A DNA stretch of 64,000 bases from a phage, in the sequence record PZ445432.1, one strand, 5' to 3'. Below are positions 46,272 to 55,330 of this stretch, piece after piece. How positions within the stretch are numbered: the first letter of the stretch is position 1; each line of letters begins with the position of its first letter. The notes below the pieces were generated by a model, which did no database searches, was not told the DNA's origin, and saw only the letters and a program-made list of their open reading frames with translations. A program made the position numbers and the translations under genes.

Positions 46272-46711
46272 TAAAAAACTTTATTAGTTCTCTATGGCAA
46301 GGTAAATGGTATATCCTGGGAGCAGGTCTAGCGATAGGCATCGGATTCGGTGCTTATCACTTAGTAGATAAAGTGGAGACTTTAGCAGGAGATCTTGCGG
46401 TAGCTACTAAAAAGATTTCTTCCCTAGAAACTTCCCTCAATAAGGTGAAAGCTGAAAGCGAACTTCGTGAGACTAGAATGAATCAGTATTTCACAATGAA
46501 TAATATTTCGCAAGCAGATCTAGACAAAAAGATTAAGCAGTTAGATAAAGCTCTTAGTCGCCAAGATATTATAGCTGCAAAGCCTGGATTGGTAACATTA
46601 ATTGCTAAAAAGCAGAGTAAAGAATTTGAGGAGAGATTAGCATGTCTTTCTGGAAGTGTGGAATACTGCTCGCAGCCGCAATCACAATCACAGGCTGTGC
46701 ACAAGAAATAA
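46268..46711 (+). CDS. putative i-spanin
   Basis: N-terminal transmembrane helix then a coiled-coil periplasmic domain; the next ORF is embedded in its 3' end in another frame. Confidence 0.45.
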   Translation: MIKNFISSLWQGKWYILGAGLAIGIGFGAYHLVDKVETLAGDLAVATKKISSLETSLNKVKAESELRETRMNQYFTMNNISQADLDKKIKQLDKALSRQDIIAAKPGLVTLIAKKQSKEFEERLACLSGSVEYCSQPQSQSQAVHKK

Positions 46712-46995
46712 AGCCAGAGCCCTCTCATGAGCTACCAACAGCTCACGTAGATTGGCCTAAAGGACTTCAACCTTGTAGCTTTGACTTTAAGTTTGAAAAG
46801 AAAGTAGCTACAAATGGAGAAGAGGGCGTAGTAGTTGTTGTACCATATAAAGATTGGAATATGTTGGCAAAATGCCGTGAGGCAGAATATTCCTTTATTT
46901 CACGACTGACTAGTATGGTTTGCTTCTATCGCCAAGATTTACAAGAAAAACGTTGCTTAATTTACTATCCACCCATTAACAGTAGGAAAGATTAA
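46642..46995 (+). CDS. putative o-spanin (lipoprotein)
   Basis: Signal peptide with lipobox ITGC (MSFWKCGILLAAAITITGCAQE); overlaps the preceding ORF. Confidence 0.45.
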   Translation: MSFWKCGILLAAAITITGCAQEIKPEPSHELPTAHVDWPKGLQPCSFDFKFEKKVATNGEEGVVVVVPYKDWNMLAKCREAEYSFISRLTSMVCFYRQDLQEKRCLIYYPPINSRKD

Positions 46996-47747
46996 TGTCA
47001 GTATTAGTAGGTTTACATGGCGAGGCAGGTGCAGGAAAAGATACCGTTGCAAAATTAATTATCGATTGGTGTAATGACACGTATCCAACGTGTTTACCAC
47101 GTCGTTACAGTTTTGCTAAACCAGTTTATGAGCTTGCATCCGTAATCCTCGGGGTAACTCCAGAGTTTCTAGGAGAGCGCAGGGGAAAAGAAATTGACCA
47201 ATGGTTTACGGTCACACAATCTCAATTGGAGCGAGCTAGAGACGTATGGTTTAAATATGGTATCGATAAGTTTGAAGACTTCTCGTACGTTTGGCCGATT
47301 TTTGAGGAAAAATATCTTAATCCTCAACAACTTATCTCAGAGAATAAAGAAGACGGACTTTATAGTTTATTTATTTCTCCGAGAAAAATGTTACAGCTCG
47401 TAGGAACAGAGCTAGGAAGGCAGCTGGTACATGAACGCATTTGGCTCATAATTCTGGAGCAATCCATCGCTAAAGACGACCCAGATGTCGCCGTAATAAC
47501 AGATGTGAGATTCCCCAATGAAGGAGAGTTACTCAGAGAAACGAACCATTTAGATATGGATTCTTTACTAATAAATGTAGTGCCCGCTGAGCAGAAGTTC
47601 ACTATTAAATCAGATCATCCATCTGAAAGTGGTATTCCTACAAAATATATCACTCACGAATTAGTTAATAAATTCGATGGTATCAATAACCTTAAACTAG
47701 AAGTGTATAACTTCTGTGACTTAGAGCTAGAACCACTAGTTGGATAA
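46995..47747 (+). CDS. dnk: deoxynucleoside monophosphate kinase
   Basis: N-terminal P-loop GLHGEAGAGKDT in a 250-aa ORF; family assignment is an inference. Confidence 0.6.
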   Translation: MSVLVGLHGEAGAGKDTVAKLIIDWCNDTYPTCLPRRYSFAKPVYELASVILGVTPEFLGERRGKEIDQWFTVTQSQLERARDVWFKYGIDKFEDFSYVWPIFEEKYLNPQQLISENKEDGLYSLFISPRKMLQLVGTELGRQLVHERIWLIILEQSIAKDDPDVAVITDVRFPNEGELLRETNHLDMDSLLINVVPAEQKFTIKSDHPSESGIPTKYITHELVNKFDGINNLKLEVYNFCDLELEPLVG

Positions 47748-47759
47748 TCAAGGATTGCT

Positions 47760-48353
47760 ATGGCTAATAAAAAAGAAGAAAAGACTAACCTGTTTCACTC
47801 CATTCGCCAATCTAACGAGTATACCTTTTTCTTTGATGAAGAACTTGGTCCGCCTGATGAATACCGTGATTTATCAATGGTACTTATGCAGGCAAATGAG
47901 GACGACGAAATTAATCTGATGATTAATGGCCCTGGTGGCTATGTTGATACCGCTGCACAGTTATCTAACTTAATTGCCAATTGCCGTGGAACAGTTATAG
48001 GACATCTGATTGGTCCTAGTGCTTCTGCTTATTGCACAATTTTCCTATCCTGTCATAGATGGGTAGTACATCCACATGCTACGCTAATGGGACACACGTT
48101 CTCTGGCGGATTCTGTGAGAAAGGTCAAGAAATCAAGAAAGCCTATGAATCTTACAACAAGTTTGTAGAAGATATGATGCTAGATGTCTACTATCCGTTC
48201 TTCTCAATAGATGAAATCGACGAGATGGTAAAAGACAACAAAAATATCTATCTAGATAGCAAGGAAATTCATAAGCGTATTGAAATCTTGGCAAAATATC
48301 GATCTGAGCAATATAATAAAGCCCAGTTACCTCAATCCTGGGGGCACAACTAA
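47760..48353 (+). CDS. ClpP-like serine peptidase
   Basis: LMINGPGGYVDTAAQL resembles the ClpP INSPGG segment; catalytic triad not confirmed. Confidence 0.45.
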   Translation: MANKKEEKTNLFHSIRQSNEYTFFFDEELGPPDEYRDLSMVLMQANEDDEINLMINGPGGYVDTAAQLSNLIANCRGTVIGHLIGPSASAYCTIFLSCHRWVVHPHATLMGHTFSGGFCEKGQEIKKAYESYNKFVEDMMLDVYYPFFSIDEIDEMVKDNKNIYLDSKEIHKRIEILAKYRSEQYNKAQLPQSWGHN

Positions 48354-48369
48354 GAGTAAGTAGTTTTAA

Positions 48370-48400
48370 GCCAGGGTTTAACGACCCTGGCCTTTCTTTT
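48370..48400 (+). terminator. rho-independent terminator
   Basis: GCCAGGGT-TTAACGA-CCCTGGC hairpin followed by CTTTCTTTT. Confidence 0.6.
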
Positions 48401-48516
48401 ATCTAAAATTCTTCTTGACAACGACATAATTTTGTGCTCCAAGTGTAACGTTTAAAAACCAATTGAAATTTTCCTCCAAAATTAGTATAATGGTACTGGT
48501 TAGAGGAGGTTACAAA

Positions 48517-49173
48517 TTGGAAAAGTTCTTACAATTATTAACAGTACTGCTCCAAGAAGCGAAAGACCCAGCATCGCTTCTTAAACGTCTGCTAACTATC
48601 TTAGTTGCTGTCATTATTTTCTTATTTGTTAGTAATACTAGTGAGGTGATGTCATTCTTAAAGACTTTCTCCACGTCTGCGGTTCTACAGGATGTTCAAA
48701 CTCAAAGGATAAGTAATTTTCCTAACGTAGCTAGAGAAAAGAGCATGGTGCTTTTTTCCCAAACGGGTGCGGATGCTGTTTTTGTAGTCAAGTATAAACC
48801 CGATGCCATTAATGATTATTCTAACATTATTGCATGGGAAAGCAATGCGCAATTAGATAGGGCTGACTTGGCTGATAAAGCGGTAAATAAGACGTCTGAG
48901 CTATATAGACGTCACTTAGACGGCTTTAACTACGCATCGGATTTAAGTGTAAAAGTAAATAAATACATGGGGTTAAATATACCTGCGTTTAAGAACGTTA
49001 CTTTTAATTACATATACACTTGTCCGTATTTCAATCTAAACAATATCTATGCTGGATATATTGGTATTGCTTGGAAAGATAATCCTGTAGATACAGCTGA
49101 TTCTGAACAGTTCAAGGAATATTTAGCAAAGCTCTGTTCCCCACAACAGAGATCTTTAGGTAGGTCAATATGA
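48517..49173 (+). CDS. putative holin
   Basis: TTG start 7 nt after GAGGAGG (the track's ATG at 48463 lies upstream of the -10 at 48486-48491); one transmembrane segment; immediately precedes the endolysin. Confidence 0.55.
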   Translation: MEKFLQLLTVLLQEAKDPASLLKRLLTILVAVIIFLFVSNTSEVMSFLKTFSTSAVLQDVQTQRISNFPNVAREKSMVLFSQTGADAVFVVKYKPDAINDYSNIIAWESNAQLDRADLADKAVNKTSELYRRHLDGFNYASDLSVKVNKYMGLNIPAFKNVTFNYIYTCPYFNLNNIYAGYIGIAWKDNPVDTADSEQFKEYLAKLCSPQQRSLGRSI

Positions 49174-49583
49174 GTTTTAAATTTAGTAAAAGAAGTTTAG
49201 ATAGATTAAAGGGTGTTCATCCAGATTTAGTAAAAGTAACTCATAGAGCTTTAGAATTAAGCCCATATGATTTTACTATTACAGAAGGATTACGTTCCTT
49301 AGAACAAAGCGCCCAAAATATTAAGAATGGAACCTCGTTTTTAAAAGACCCGAGCAAGTCAAAACACGTACAAGGGCTGGCTGTTGACTTTGCTCCTCTT
49401 AAAAATGGGGAGATTGATTGGAATGATTTAGAATCATTCAAATTAGTGGCAGATGCCTTCTTTAAGGCAGCAGAAGAGCTAGGAGTAAAGATTAGATGGG
49501 GTGGTGATTGGAACCAGAACGGAAGTTATAAGGATGAAATCCAACGTGGTACTTTTGATGGCCCACATATAGAATTGATTTAA
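49170..49583 (+). CDS. endolysin, L-alanyl-D-glutamate peptidase (M15-like)
   Basis: 137-aa ORF with H ... D ... H zinc-peptidase-like residues (KHVQGLAVDF ... GPHIEL); assignment by resemblance to T5-type endolysin. Confidence 0.75.
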   Translation: MSFKFSKRSLDRLKGVHPDLVKVTHRALELSPYDFTITEGLRSLEQSAQNIKNGTSFLKDPSKSKHVQGLAVDFAPLKNGEIDWNDLESFKLVADAFFKAAEELGVKIRWGGDWNQNGSYKDEIQRGTFDGPHIELI

Positions 49584-49592
49584 GTAAAATAC

Positions 49593-49615
49593 GGCGGGAA
49601 TACTCCCGCCTTTTT
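49593..49615 (+). terminator. rho-independent terminator after the endolysin
   Basis: GGCGGGA-ATACT-CCCGCC hairpin followed by TTTTT. Confidence 0.65.
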
Positions 49616-49658
49616 AGGCAAAGGGGGCTTTAATAACTTTTGAAGATAGGAGAAAGCC

Positions 49659-50075
49659 ATGTTTGCAGAACTATTCACTACGATGCTGCTAGGTATCTGG
49701 AAAATAAGTCTAGTAGTATTCGTTTTAATAATAGTCTTTACTATCCTTGCACTAACTACCAGAAATATCTTATTAATAAAGATTACTCATGGACTAGAGT
49801 ATATAATTATGGGTTCATTCGGCGTTTGTAAATGCAATTGCCATAGAGATACGAAATATTGTTGGTTATGGATGGAACTAGAGAATCCTATATCCATAGC
49901 TTTGGCTGTTTCATTCGGTATGATTCTTATGGCCCTTACTCTAGCATTAATACCTTTGATGTTAGCTGGGGGAGTTACAGCGTATTTCACCCTTTTATCC
50001 CCGATACTTATGTACTCAATTTACCCAATAACTATGTATCTAGTTAGGAAAAGATTTATACATGCAGTAGATTAA
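49659..50075 (+). CDS. hypothetical multi-pass membrane protein
   Basis: 138-aa ORF with three or four hydrophobic helices; RBS AGGAGA. Confidence 0.5.
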   Translation: MFAELFTTMLLGIWKISLVVFVLIIVFTILALTTRNILLIKITHGLEYIIMGSFGVCKCNCHRDTKYCWLWMELENPISIALAVSFGMILMALTLALIPLMLAGGVTAYFTLLSPILMYSIYPITMYLVRKRFIHAVD

Positions 50076-50088
50076 GATAAAAAAGTAG

Positions 50089-50117
50089 TTGACTTTTAGC
50101 CCTAGTTATTATATAAT
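50089..50117 (+). promoter_or_regulatory. sigma70-like promoter (TTGACT -35)
   Basis: TTGACT, 17 nt, TATAAT. Confidence 0.5.
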
Positions 50118-50150
50118 ATATACATAAATTAGTTAAGAGAGGTATATATT

Positions 50151-50558
50151 ATGTCTGATCGTTTCTATACTCAAATGGCGGAACATTATAACATGGCTCC
50201 ATATGAGTTGAACATCGCATTACGTGACCTCGATTCACCAGAGCGTAAAAAACTTGAGAAGAAGGCAGGAACTACTATGTCTAAAGGCAAAAAGTTAACT
50301 CGTCTTGATCTTAATAAAATTTTAACTGAACTTTTGGGTACTGATATTGAAGGTGCTAAATTACCGCTTCTTGTACTAGAGACTATGATTAAAAAGGTCA
50401 AAAATAAAGAATATAAGAAGGTAGAAGTCCCAGAAGGCAGATTAAAGGCTCCTTATCAGGAAGCATTAACCGAGTGTTTGGGTGTAAATCTTGATCTGAG
50501 CACCGCAACCGTAAAAACTATGAAAAACTTCTTAGAGGCCATTAATAACTATGAGTAA
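50151..50558 (+). CDS. hypothetical protein
   Basis: 135-aa ORF after a promoter-leader cassette. Confidence 0.5.
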   Translation: MSDRFYTQMAEHYNMAPYELNIALRDLDSPERKKLEKKAGTTMSKGKKLTRLDLNKILTELLGTDIEGAKLPLLVLETMIKKVKNKEYKKVEVPEGRLKAPYQEALTECLGVNLDLSTATVKTMKNFLEAINNYE

Positions 50559-50841
50559 ATTAGTATATCTATTAAAAGGTTCCACGTGTCGTCCTTGTGC
50601 TCTTTTCGAGCCAGTATTTGATAAAGTAGTCAATGAGTATAATTTGGAAGTCCATAAAGAGACTGATAATACAGAATTAATGCAGAAATTTGGCGTACGC
50701 CAAGTTCCTGTAGTAGTTCTGGCGGATCGCTTACCTAATGGTCGAGTAGAAGCTAATCATATTTTGATTGGACGTCAGCTTCGTAAAGAAACTATGCACG
50801 AAGCTATTAAAAATTTCCTGGATGATAATCCAGAAGGTTAA
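50551..50841 (+). CDS. thioredoxin/glutaredoxin-like protein
   Basis: CRPC (CxxC) motif near the N-terminus of a 96-aa ORF. Confidence 0.45.
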   Translation: MSKLVYLLKGSTCRPCALFEPVFDKVVNEYNLEVHKETDNTELMQKFGVRQVPVVVLADRLPNGRVEANHILIGRQLRKETMHEAIKNFLDDNPEG

Positions 50842-50846
50842 TAAAC

Positions 50847-50880
50847 CAAGCCTGATCTTAGCGGATCAGGCTTTTATTTT
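50847..50880 (+). terminator. rho-independent terminator
   Basis: AAGCCTGATC-TTAGCG-GATCAGGCTT hairpin followed by TTATTTT. Confidence 0.6.
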
Positions 50881-50968
50881 ACTTGCTTTTTGCTAAAAAT
50901 TTTGGTATAATACTTATATAAATTGATAAGAAGGCTATCTACGCACTACAAAAAATAGGAGTATTCCA

Positions 50969-51346
50969 ATGAACTATGCATATCTAATTATTAATAATAA
51001 CGTAGTTTGTGGTACTCGCGCTGTTGAGATGGGTATTACAGAAGAAGAGTATAAGTCACTTCCAGAAAAGGAACAACAATATTATGTTGAAGAAGCTGCT
51101 TGGGAGTATGCTGAGGTTTATCCCGAACAACGTGAAGATCGCGTTACTATTGTTGTTTCTTTGGGGCTGGTTGGCTGTGATACCGAAGTTGATACAGACC
51201 TAGAGACTTTAGAGGAGTGGGAAGAGTTAGATATTTCAGCTAAAAACTCCTTAATCCGTGAAGCCTTTTGGGAAGCTGTAGATTGCCACGTAGTATTTGA
51301 GCCTAATGATGAAGAGGCTGAAAAACATACTAACCATTGGAGATAA
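50969..51346 (+). CDS. hypothetical acidic protein
   Basis: 125-aa ORF with RBS AGGAG. Confidence 0.45.
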   Translation: MNYAYLIINNNVVCGTRAVEMGITEEEYKSLPEKEQQYYVEEAAWEYAEVYPEQREDRVTIVVSLGLVGCDTEVDTDLETLEEWEELDISAKNSLIREAFWEAVDCHVVFEPNDEEAEKHTNHWR

Positions 51347-51350
51347 TTAA

Positions 51351-51596
51351 ATGTTAGCAGAGCGAGCAAAACGTTTAGCTAGGGTTAATAGAGCTGCTCT
51401 TCTCAAGAGCAGGAAGAAATCATATAAGTATGTTAAAAGACGGATTATAGCTTCTGTAGAGGCTGGAGGTTCTTATGTGCAGTTTAACCGTGACGAAATT
51501 AGTTATGAAGCTATAAAAGCCCTCAATAAAGATGGTTATACTCTCAAACTATCTAATGAGTATGGCACAACTATTTTAACTGTTATTTGGGAATAA
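51351..51596 (+). CDS. hypothetical protein
   Basis: 81-aa ORF with RBS GGAGA. Confidence 0.45.
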   Translation: MLAERAKRLARVNRAALLKSRKKSYKYVKRRIIASVEAGGSYVQFNRDEISYEAIKALNKDGYTLKLSNEYGTTILTVIWE

Positions 51597-51598
51597 TT

Positions 51599-52450
51599 AT
51601 GAAAAAAGAATTTAATGTACATAAAACTCTAGTAGTGCCAGATGATGCCAACTTGTTTTTCGTTGGTGATATTCATGGGTGCAACGATTTGCTAGAAGAT
51701 GCACTACAATTAGCTGGCTATAACGGCAAGAAAGATTGCGTTGTATGCGTAGGGGATTTAATTGACCGAGGCACGCAGAACCTACAAGTTTTAGCCAAAT
51801 TCCTGTATAATCCACGCTTTATCAGTGTCCGTGGTAATCATGACCAATTTATGATTGTGGGAGATTGGGCTAACTGGATGTATAACGGTGGTATGTGGGC
51901 TATGAATGAACTAGATGCAGATACCATTAAAAATATTGCCGAAGACATGGCTGAAAAAATGCCAGTATTCCTAACTGTTAAACATCGTGGCAAGAAGTAT
52001 GGTGTTGTTCACGGTGCGGTTCCCTACAGGCATAAAGGGGATAATAACATATCTAAAATCCCAAATTGGGACACTCTTATTCTGGAGGCAGAGCAGGCCA
52101 AAGGGCTTGATTTAGCAGATATTATAGACGATGCTCTATGGGATAGGGATGTGATCCAAGATGTATTTTCCCATATGTCTGAGGATGCTGACCACCCGTA
52201 TTTTCAAAGATATGCTGGACTTCCAGAAAACTTAATTAATCACATTCCTAAGGTAGAAGGAGTAGAATTCGTATTTCACGGGCATACTGGAGTTCCTTAC
52301 CCAATATTATATAAGAACCGTGTCTATCTTGATACTGGCGGTGTTTTCAACGGGCAGTTGACGGTTGCGCAGGTTAATGATGAAACTGGCAAAATCACCA
52401 CATTTACCACAGACAAAAATGATAGCTGCGGTGTACAGAGGGTTCTTTAA
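51599..52450 (+). CDS. PPP-family Ser/Thr protein phosphatase (lambda-PPase-like)
   Basis: GDIHG, GDLIDRG and GNHD metallophosphatase motifs; ATG directly after the upstream stop. Confidence 0.75.
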   Translation: MKKEFNVHKTLVVPDDANLFFVGDIHGCNDLLEDALQLAGYNGKKDCVVCVGDLIDRGTQNLQVLAKFLYNPRFISVRGNHDQFMIVGDWANWMYNGGMWAMNELDADTIKNIAEDMAEKMPVFLTVKHRGKKYGVVHGAVPYRHKGDNNISKIPNWDTLILEAEQAKGLDLADIIDDALWDRDVIQDVFSHMSEDADHPYFQRYAGLPENLINHIPKVEGVEFVFHGHTGVPYPILYKNRVYLDTGGVFNGQLTVAQVNDETGKITTFTTDKNDSCGVQRVL

Positions 52451-52737
52451 TGAATGATAGAATGAAAGAAGTACAAGAAGAGTTACGAGCAATGCGTATT
52501 GATGCCCTTCGTTGGAGGGCATTAGTTAATGCTTTCGTAAAAGGAGATACCGGAGTAATATATTCTGGAATAGCAGTCAATTTTTGTTTTAATTCTCCTG
52601 CTGAAATAGAGATAGAAACAAGGCTTACTACCTTCCTTAATGAGGTAGACCTTAAGGAAGGAGAGACTCCCGAGGAGTTTAAAACTAGAGTATTAACTAC
52701 CTGGGTTGATAATTTAATACAAAAAAGGAGTAAGTGA
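52450..52737 (+). CDS. hypothetical protein
   Basis: 95-aa ORF. Confidence 0.4.
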   Translation: MNDRMKEVQEELRAMRIDALRWRALVNAFVKGDTGVIYSGIAVNFCFNSPAEIEIETRLTTFLNEVDLKEGETPEEFKTRVLTTWVDNLIQKRSK

Positions 52738-53327
52738 TGAGGGTTAAATTCTGGTCAGACTTGCACTTAGACCACCCTGGAGCACTACGTTTCCGTCCGT
52801 GGTTTAAGAACATGAAAGAGCACGATGAGTATATTCTAGATACTTTGTCCAAGCATATTGGTAAACGAACAAAACTTATTTTGCTAGGAGATATTGCAGT
52901 AGGTCGTGAAGGTCTGGCCAAATTAAAGTCGGTTATCCACAATGTCCCTAATCAACTCATTATGGGTAATCATGATGCGGAGCGTCAAGGACTGAGTATT
53001 AGGGACTTAGCGGAAGTTTATGACGATATTCAAGCTCTAGGCAAACAGACTGGAGGTGGCAAAAAGTTTTGGCTATCTCATTGCCCTTTGCACCCCAATG
53101 AGCTTCGGGGCAAATTAAATATTCACGGACACGTACATGCTACTTCTATACGTGACCCTCGTTACATCAATGTCTCATTTGAAATGAGCAAAACTCCTAT
53201 TCCTCTAGAAGATATTGTATCAGGTAAGTTTACTAGCTATGATAGAGTAGTTAATTGTACTACTGGCGAAGTATTACAAATAGGGGAAGATGTAGCTGCT
53301 GTATTACGTGGCGATATAAATGTCTAA
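52737..53327 (+). CDS. calcineurin-like metallophosphoesterase
   Basis: SDLHLD, GD, GNHD and HGHVH motifs; ATG 6 nt after AAGGAG. Confidence 0.6.
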   Translation: MRVKFWSDLHLDHPGALRFRPWFKNMKEHDEYILDTLSKHIGKRTKLILLGDIAVGREGLAKLKSVIHNVPNQLIMGNHDAERQGLSIRDLAEVYDDIQALGKQTGGGKKFWLSHCPLHPNELRGKLNIHGHVHATSIRDPRYINVSFEMSKTPIPLEDIVSGKFTSYDRVVNCTTGEVLQIGEDVAAVLRGDINV

Positions 53328-53435
53328 GTATATAGCTGGGGCTATAATTAAACGAGTCATACAAGCAGTAGCAATACTTATAATCATTTGTATTGCTATT
53401 GGTACAGGACTAGGCATTTTAATTAAAAGTTTTAT

Positions 53436-53464
53436 TTGCTAAAATGCCTAAGTTTCTGTATAAT
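53436..53464 (+). promoter_or_regulatory. sigma70-like promoter
   Basis: TTGCTA, 17 nt, TATAAT. Confidence 0.5.
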
Positions 53465-53494
53465 TACTTTATAAATTGATGAGAGGGAAACAAA

Positions 53495-53926
53495 ATGAAC
53501 AAAGTAGATAAAGCTCTAGTTTTTGCAGCAGCAGATAAGTTTGAACAAGTTAAAGCTACTTTCCGAACCCTGTTCCAGTCTTACGTTCAGGATAAGTCTA
53601 ATCCTATTTCTGAACGCTTGATGGTTTGGGAGTGTCATGCTTGCAATGCCTTGCTAATTGCTGATTACCGTAGTGATATAGATAAAGATCTTTGTGAAAT
53701 CCTTATCCCCGAGGAAGCAGAACGTTATCAGTTAATCTCTTTTCAAGATTTAGCAGAACAGATCATCCCTGATGATCTTTGGGACAAGTATTATGGTGAT
53801 CCTGAAGACGAAGGAATGACTCCAGAAGCATGTATTGAACTGATCTGCAAAGATCATCCTGAAATTGCAGAAAAATTTGAGAAAGTTTTTGTTTCTGAGT
53901 TCTCCGGTGTTGTTAACGATTGGTAA
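53495..53926 (+). CDS. hypothetical protein
   Basis: 143-aa ORF after a promoter-leader cassette. Confidence 0.5.
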   Translation: MNKVDKALVFAAADKFEQVKATFRTLFQSYVQDKSNPISERLMVWECHACNALLIADYRSDIDKDLCEILIPEEAERYQLISFQDLAEQIIPDDLWDKYYGDPEDEGMTPEACIELICKDHPEIAEKFEKVFVSEFSGVVNDW

Positions 53927-54004
53927 GTAATTAAAAAATTCAGTTGCTTCAAGCCTTAAAATTCTGTATAATAAGTTCATAAATTAATGAGAGAGGAAAT
54001 TCTA

Positions 54005-54283
54005 ATGGAAAACATGACTAAAGACTTCGACGCCTCTAACCTTACCAAGACTGAAATGGCCAATGTATTAGCAATTCTCCTCGACATGCAAGGATTTGAG
54101 GGGCAACTGATGAAAATGTCTATTCCGGCGATGAAGAAGATGTATGATTCTCTTAACAAGAACGCCATGGCCTTTAACTTAGCAAAACAAGAGGCACGCT
54201 TTGCTAAGGAGCACCAAGCAGTGGCAGAACGCCGAGCAGCTAGCTTTGAGCGTGAAGTTAAGCAATTAAAGAAAAAATGCTAA
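54005..54283 (+). CDS. hypothetical protein
   Basis: Start moved to the ATG after the GAGAGG leader; the track's ATG at 53987 lies inside the conserved leader. Confidence 0.45.
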   Translation: MENMTKDFDASNLTKTEMANVLAILLDMQGFEGQLMKMSIPAMKKMYDSLNKNAMAFNLAKQEARFAKEHQAVAERRAASFEREVKQLKKKC

Positions 54284-54813
54284 CACAAGAAAGATTAAAA
54301 GAGCTATTTGAATACCGCCCGGAAACGGGCGAGTTTATTAGATTAGTAAGTATAGGTAATCAAAAAGCTGGTAGTACTGCTGGCTGTCTAAGAAAGACTG
54401 GGTATATAGAAATAAGAGTAGATAAAGTAGGCTACAAAGCACATCGACTAGCCTTCCTCTATATGGAAGGTTATATTCCCGAAGTAATAGACCACGTAAA
54501 TCGTATACGGAGTGATAATAGGTGGGCTAACCTTAGAGAATCTAATAACCAAGAAAATTCTAGAAATAGAACAGCAAGGAGCAAATCATGGTATTTGGGA
54601 ATCTTTTGGCATAAACAAAAGCAAAAATGGGAAGTAAGGGTTGTAGATTCGTACAAAAAGTTAGTGCATGGTGGGTATTTTGATTTTCTAGATCTAGAAT
54701 TAGCGGTTCAAAGAGCTAATGAACTACGTTTAGAACTACATGGGCCTAACGCTGTTATAGAAACTTTTGATCATACAAAACCCTTACCTACTTTAGAGGA
54801 ATTAAATAAATGA
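54277..54813 (+). CDS. HNH homing endonuclease
   Basis: IDHVNRIRSDNRWANLRESNNQENS HNH motif. Confidence 0.75.
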   Translation: MLTQERLKELFEYRPETGEFIRLVSIGNQKAGSTAGCLRKTGYIEIRVDKVGYKAHRLAFLYMEGYIPEVIDHVNRIRSDNRWANLRESNNQENSRNRTARSKSWYLGIFWHKQKQKWEVRVVDSYKKLVHGGYFDFLDLELAVQRANELRLELHGPNAVIETFDHTKPLPTLEELNK

Positions 54814-55091
54814 TTACAGAAATTCTTATTGGGTTACTAGTTCTTACTACACTAGTAGCGATTGGCGGAGTTATTGGGATTGTGAATGCACGAAAAAACA
54901 TGGAAAATATGCTCATTACTAATGATGGGCTACACCACCGCTTGCTAGAGCAAGAGCAGGATATTGAACTAGCACAGAGACGCTCAGATATTCTTAAAGA
55001 AAAATTAAATAATATAGAAGCAATAGTTGGGAATAATAAATTACCTGCTAAAGTAATGCGTACACAGATAATTACGGAGATTAAAAAATGA
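54810..55091 (+). CDS. hypothetical membrane protein
   Basis: 93-aa ORF with an N-terminal transmembrane helix. Confidence 0.4.
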   Translation: MITEILIGLLVLTTLVAIGGVIGIVNARKNMENMLITNDGLHHRLLEQEQDIELAQRRSDILKEKLNNIEAIVGNNKLPAKVMRTQIITEIKK

Positions 55092-55330
55092 TGTTTATTC
55101 TAGCGTTTTATTTGATTGTGGTAGGAGTTCTGGTTACTAAGTACCATACATGGGCACCAAAGAATGTAGCTAAGGTAGCACTATTTGTTATCCCAGTTCC
55201 ACTTATTATACTTTCTATGTTACTGGTGATGTTAATCGGTAAAGTGACGAAGACCGATATTAAGCGCATTGCTGACGAATTGCAACAGTCCTGTGATATG
55301 ATTGAGGATATTATTAAAGATGAAACTTAA
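55088..55330 (+). CDS. hypothetical membrane protein
   Basis: 80-aa ORF with two hydrophobic helices. Confidence 0.4.
   Translation: MMFILAFYLIVVGVLVTKYHTWAPKNVAKVALFVIPVPLIILSMLLVMLIGKVTKTDIKRIADELQQSCDMIEDIIKDET

Noticed and set aside
48463-48516. ATG at 48463 as the holin start
   Set aside because: It lies upstream of the promoter -10 hexamer (48486-48491); the TTG at 48517, 7 nt after GAGGAGG, is the likelier initiation codon.
53987-54004. ATG at 53987 as the start of the 53987-54283 ORF
   Set aside because: This ATG is the ATGAGAGAGG element of the conserved leader/RBS cassette; the real start is more likely the ATG at 54005.
55260-55305. Apparent frameshift or stop in the 55088-55330 ORF when read by hand
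   Set aside because: Hand-indexing across a line boundary gave one extra T relative to the supplied ORF track; treated as a reading slip rather than a real frameshift, and the track coordinates were kept.
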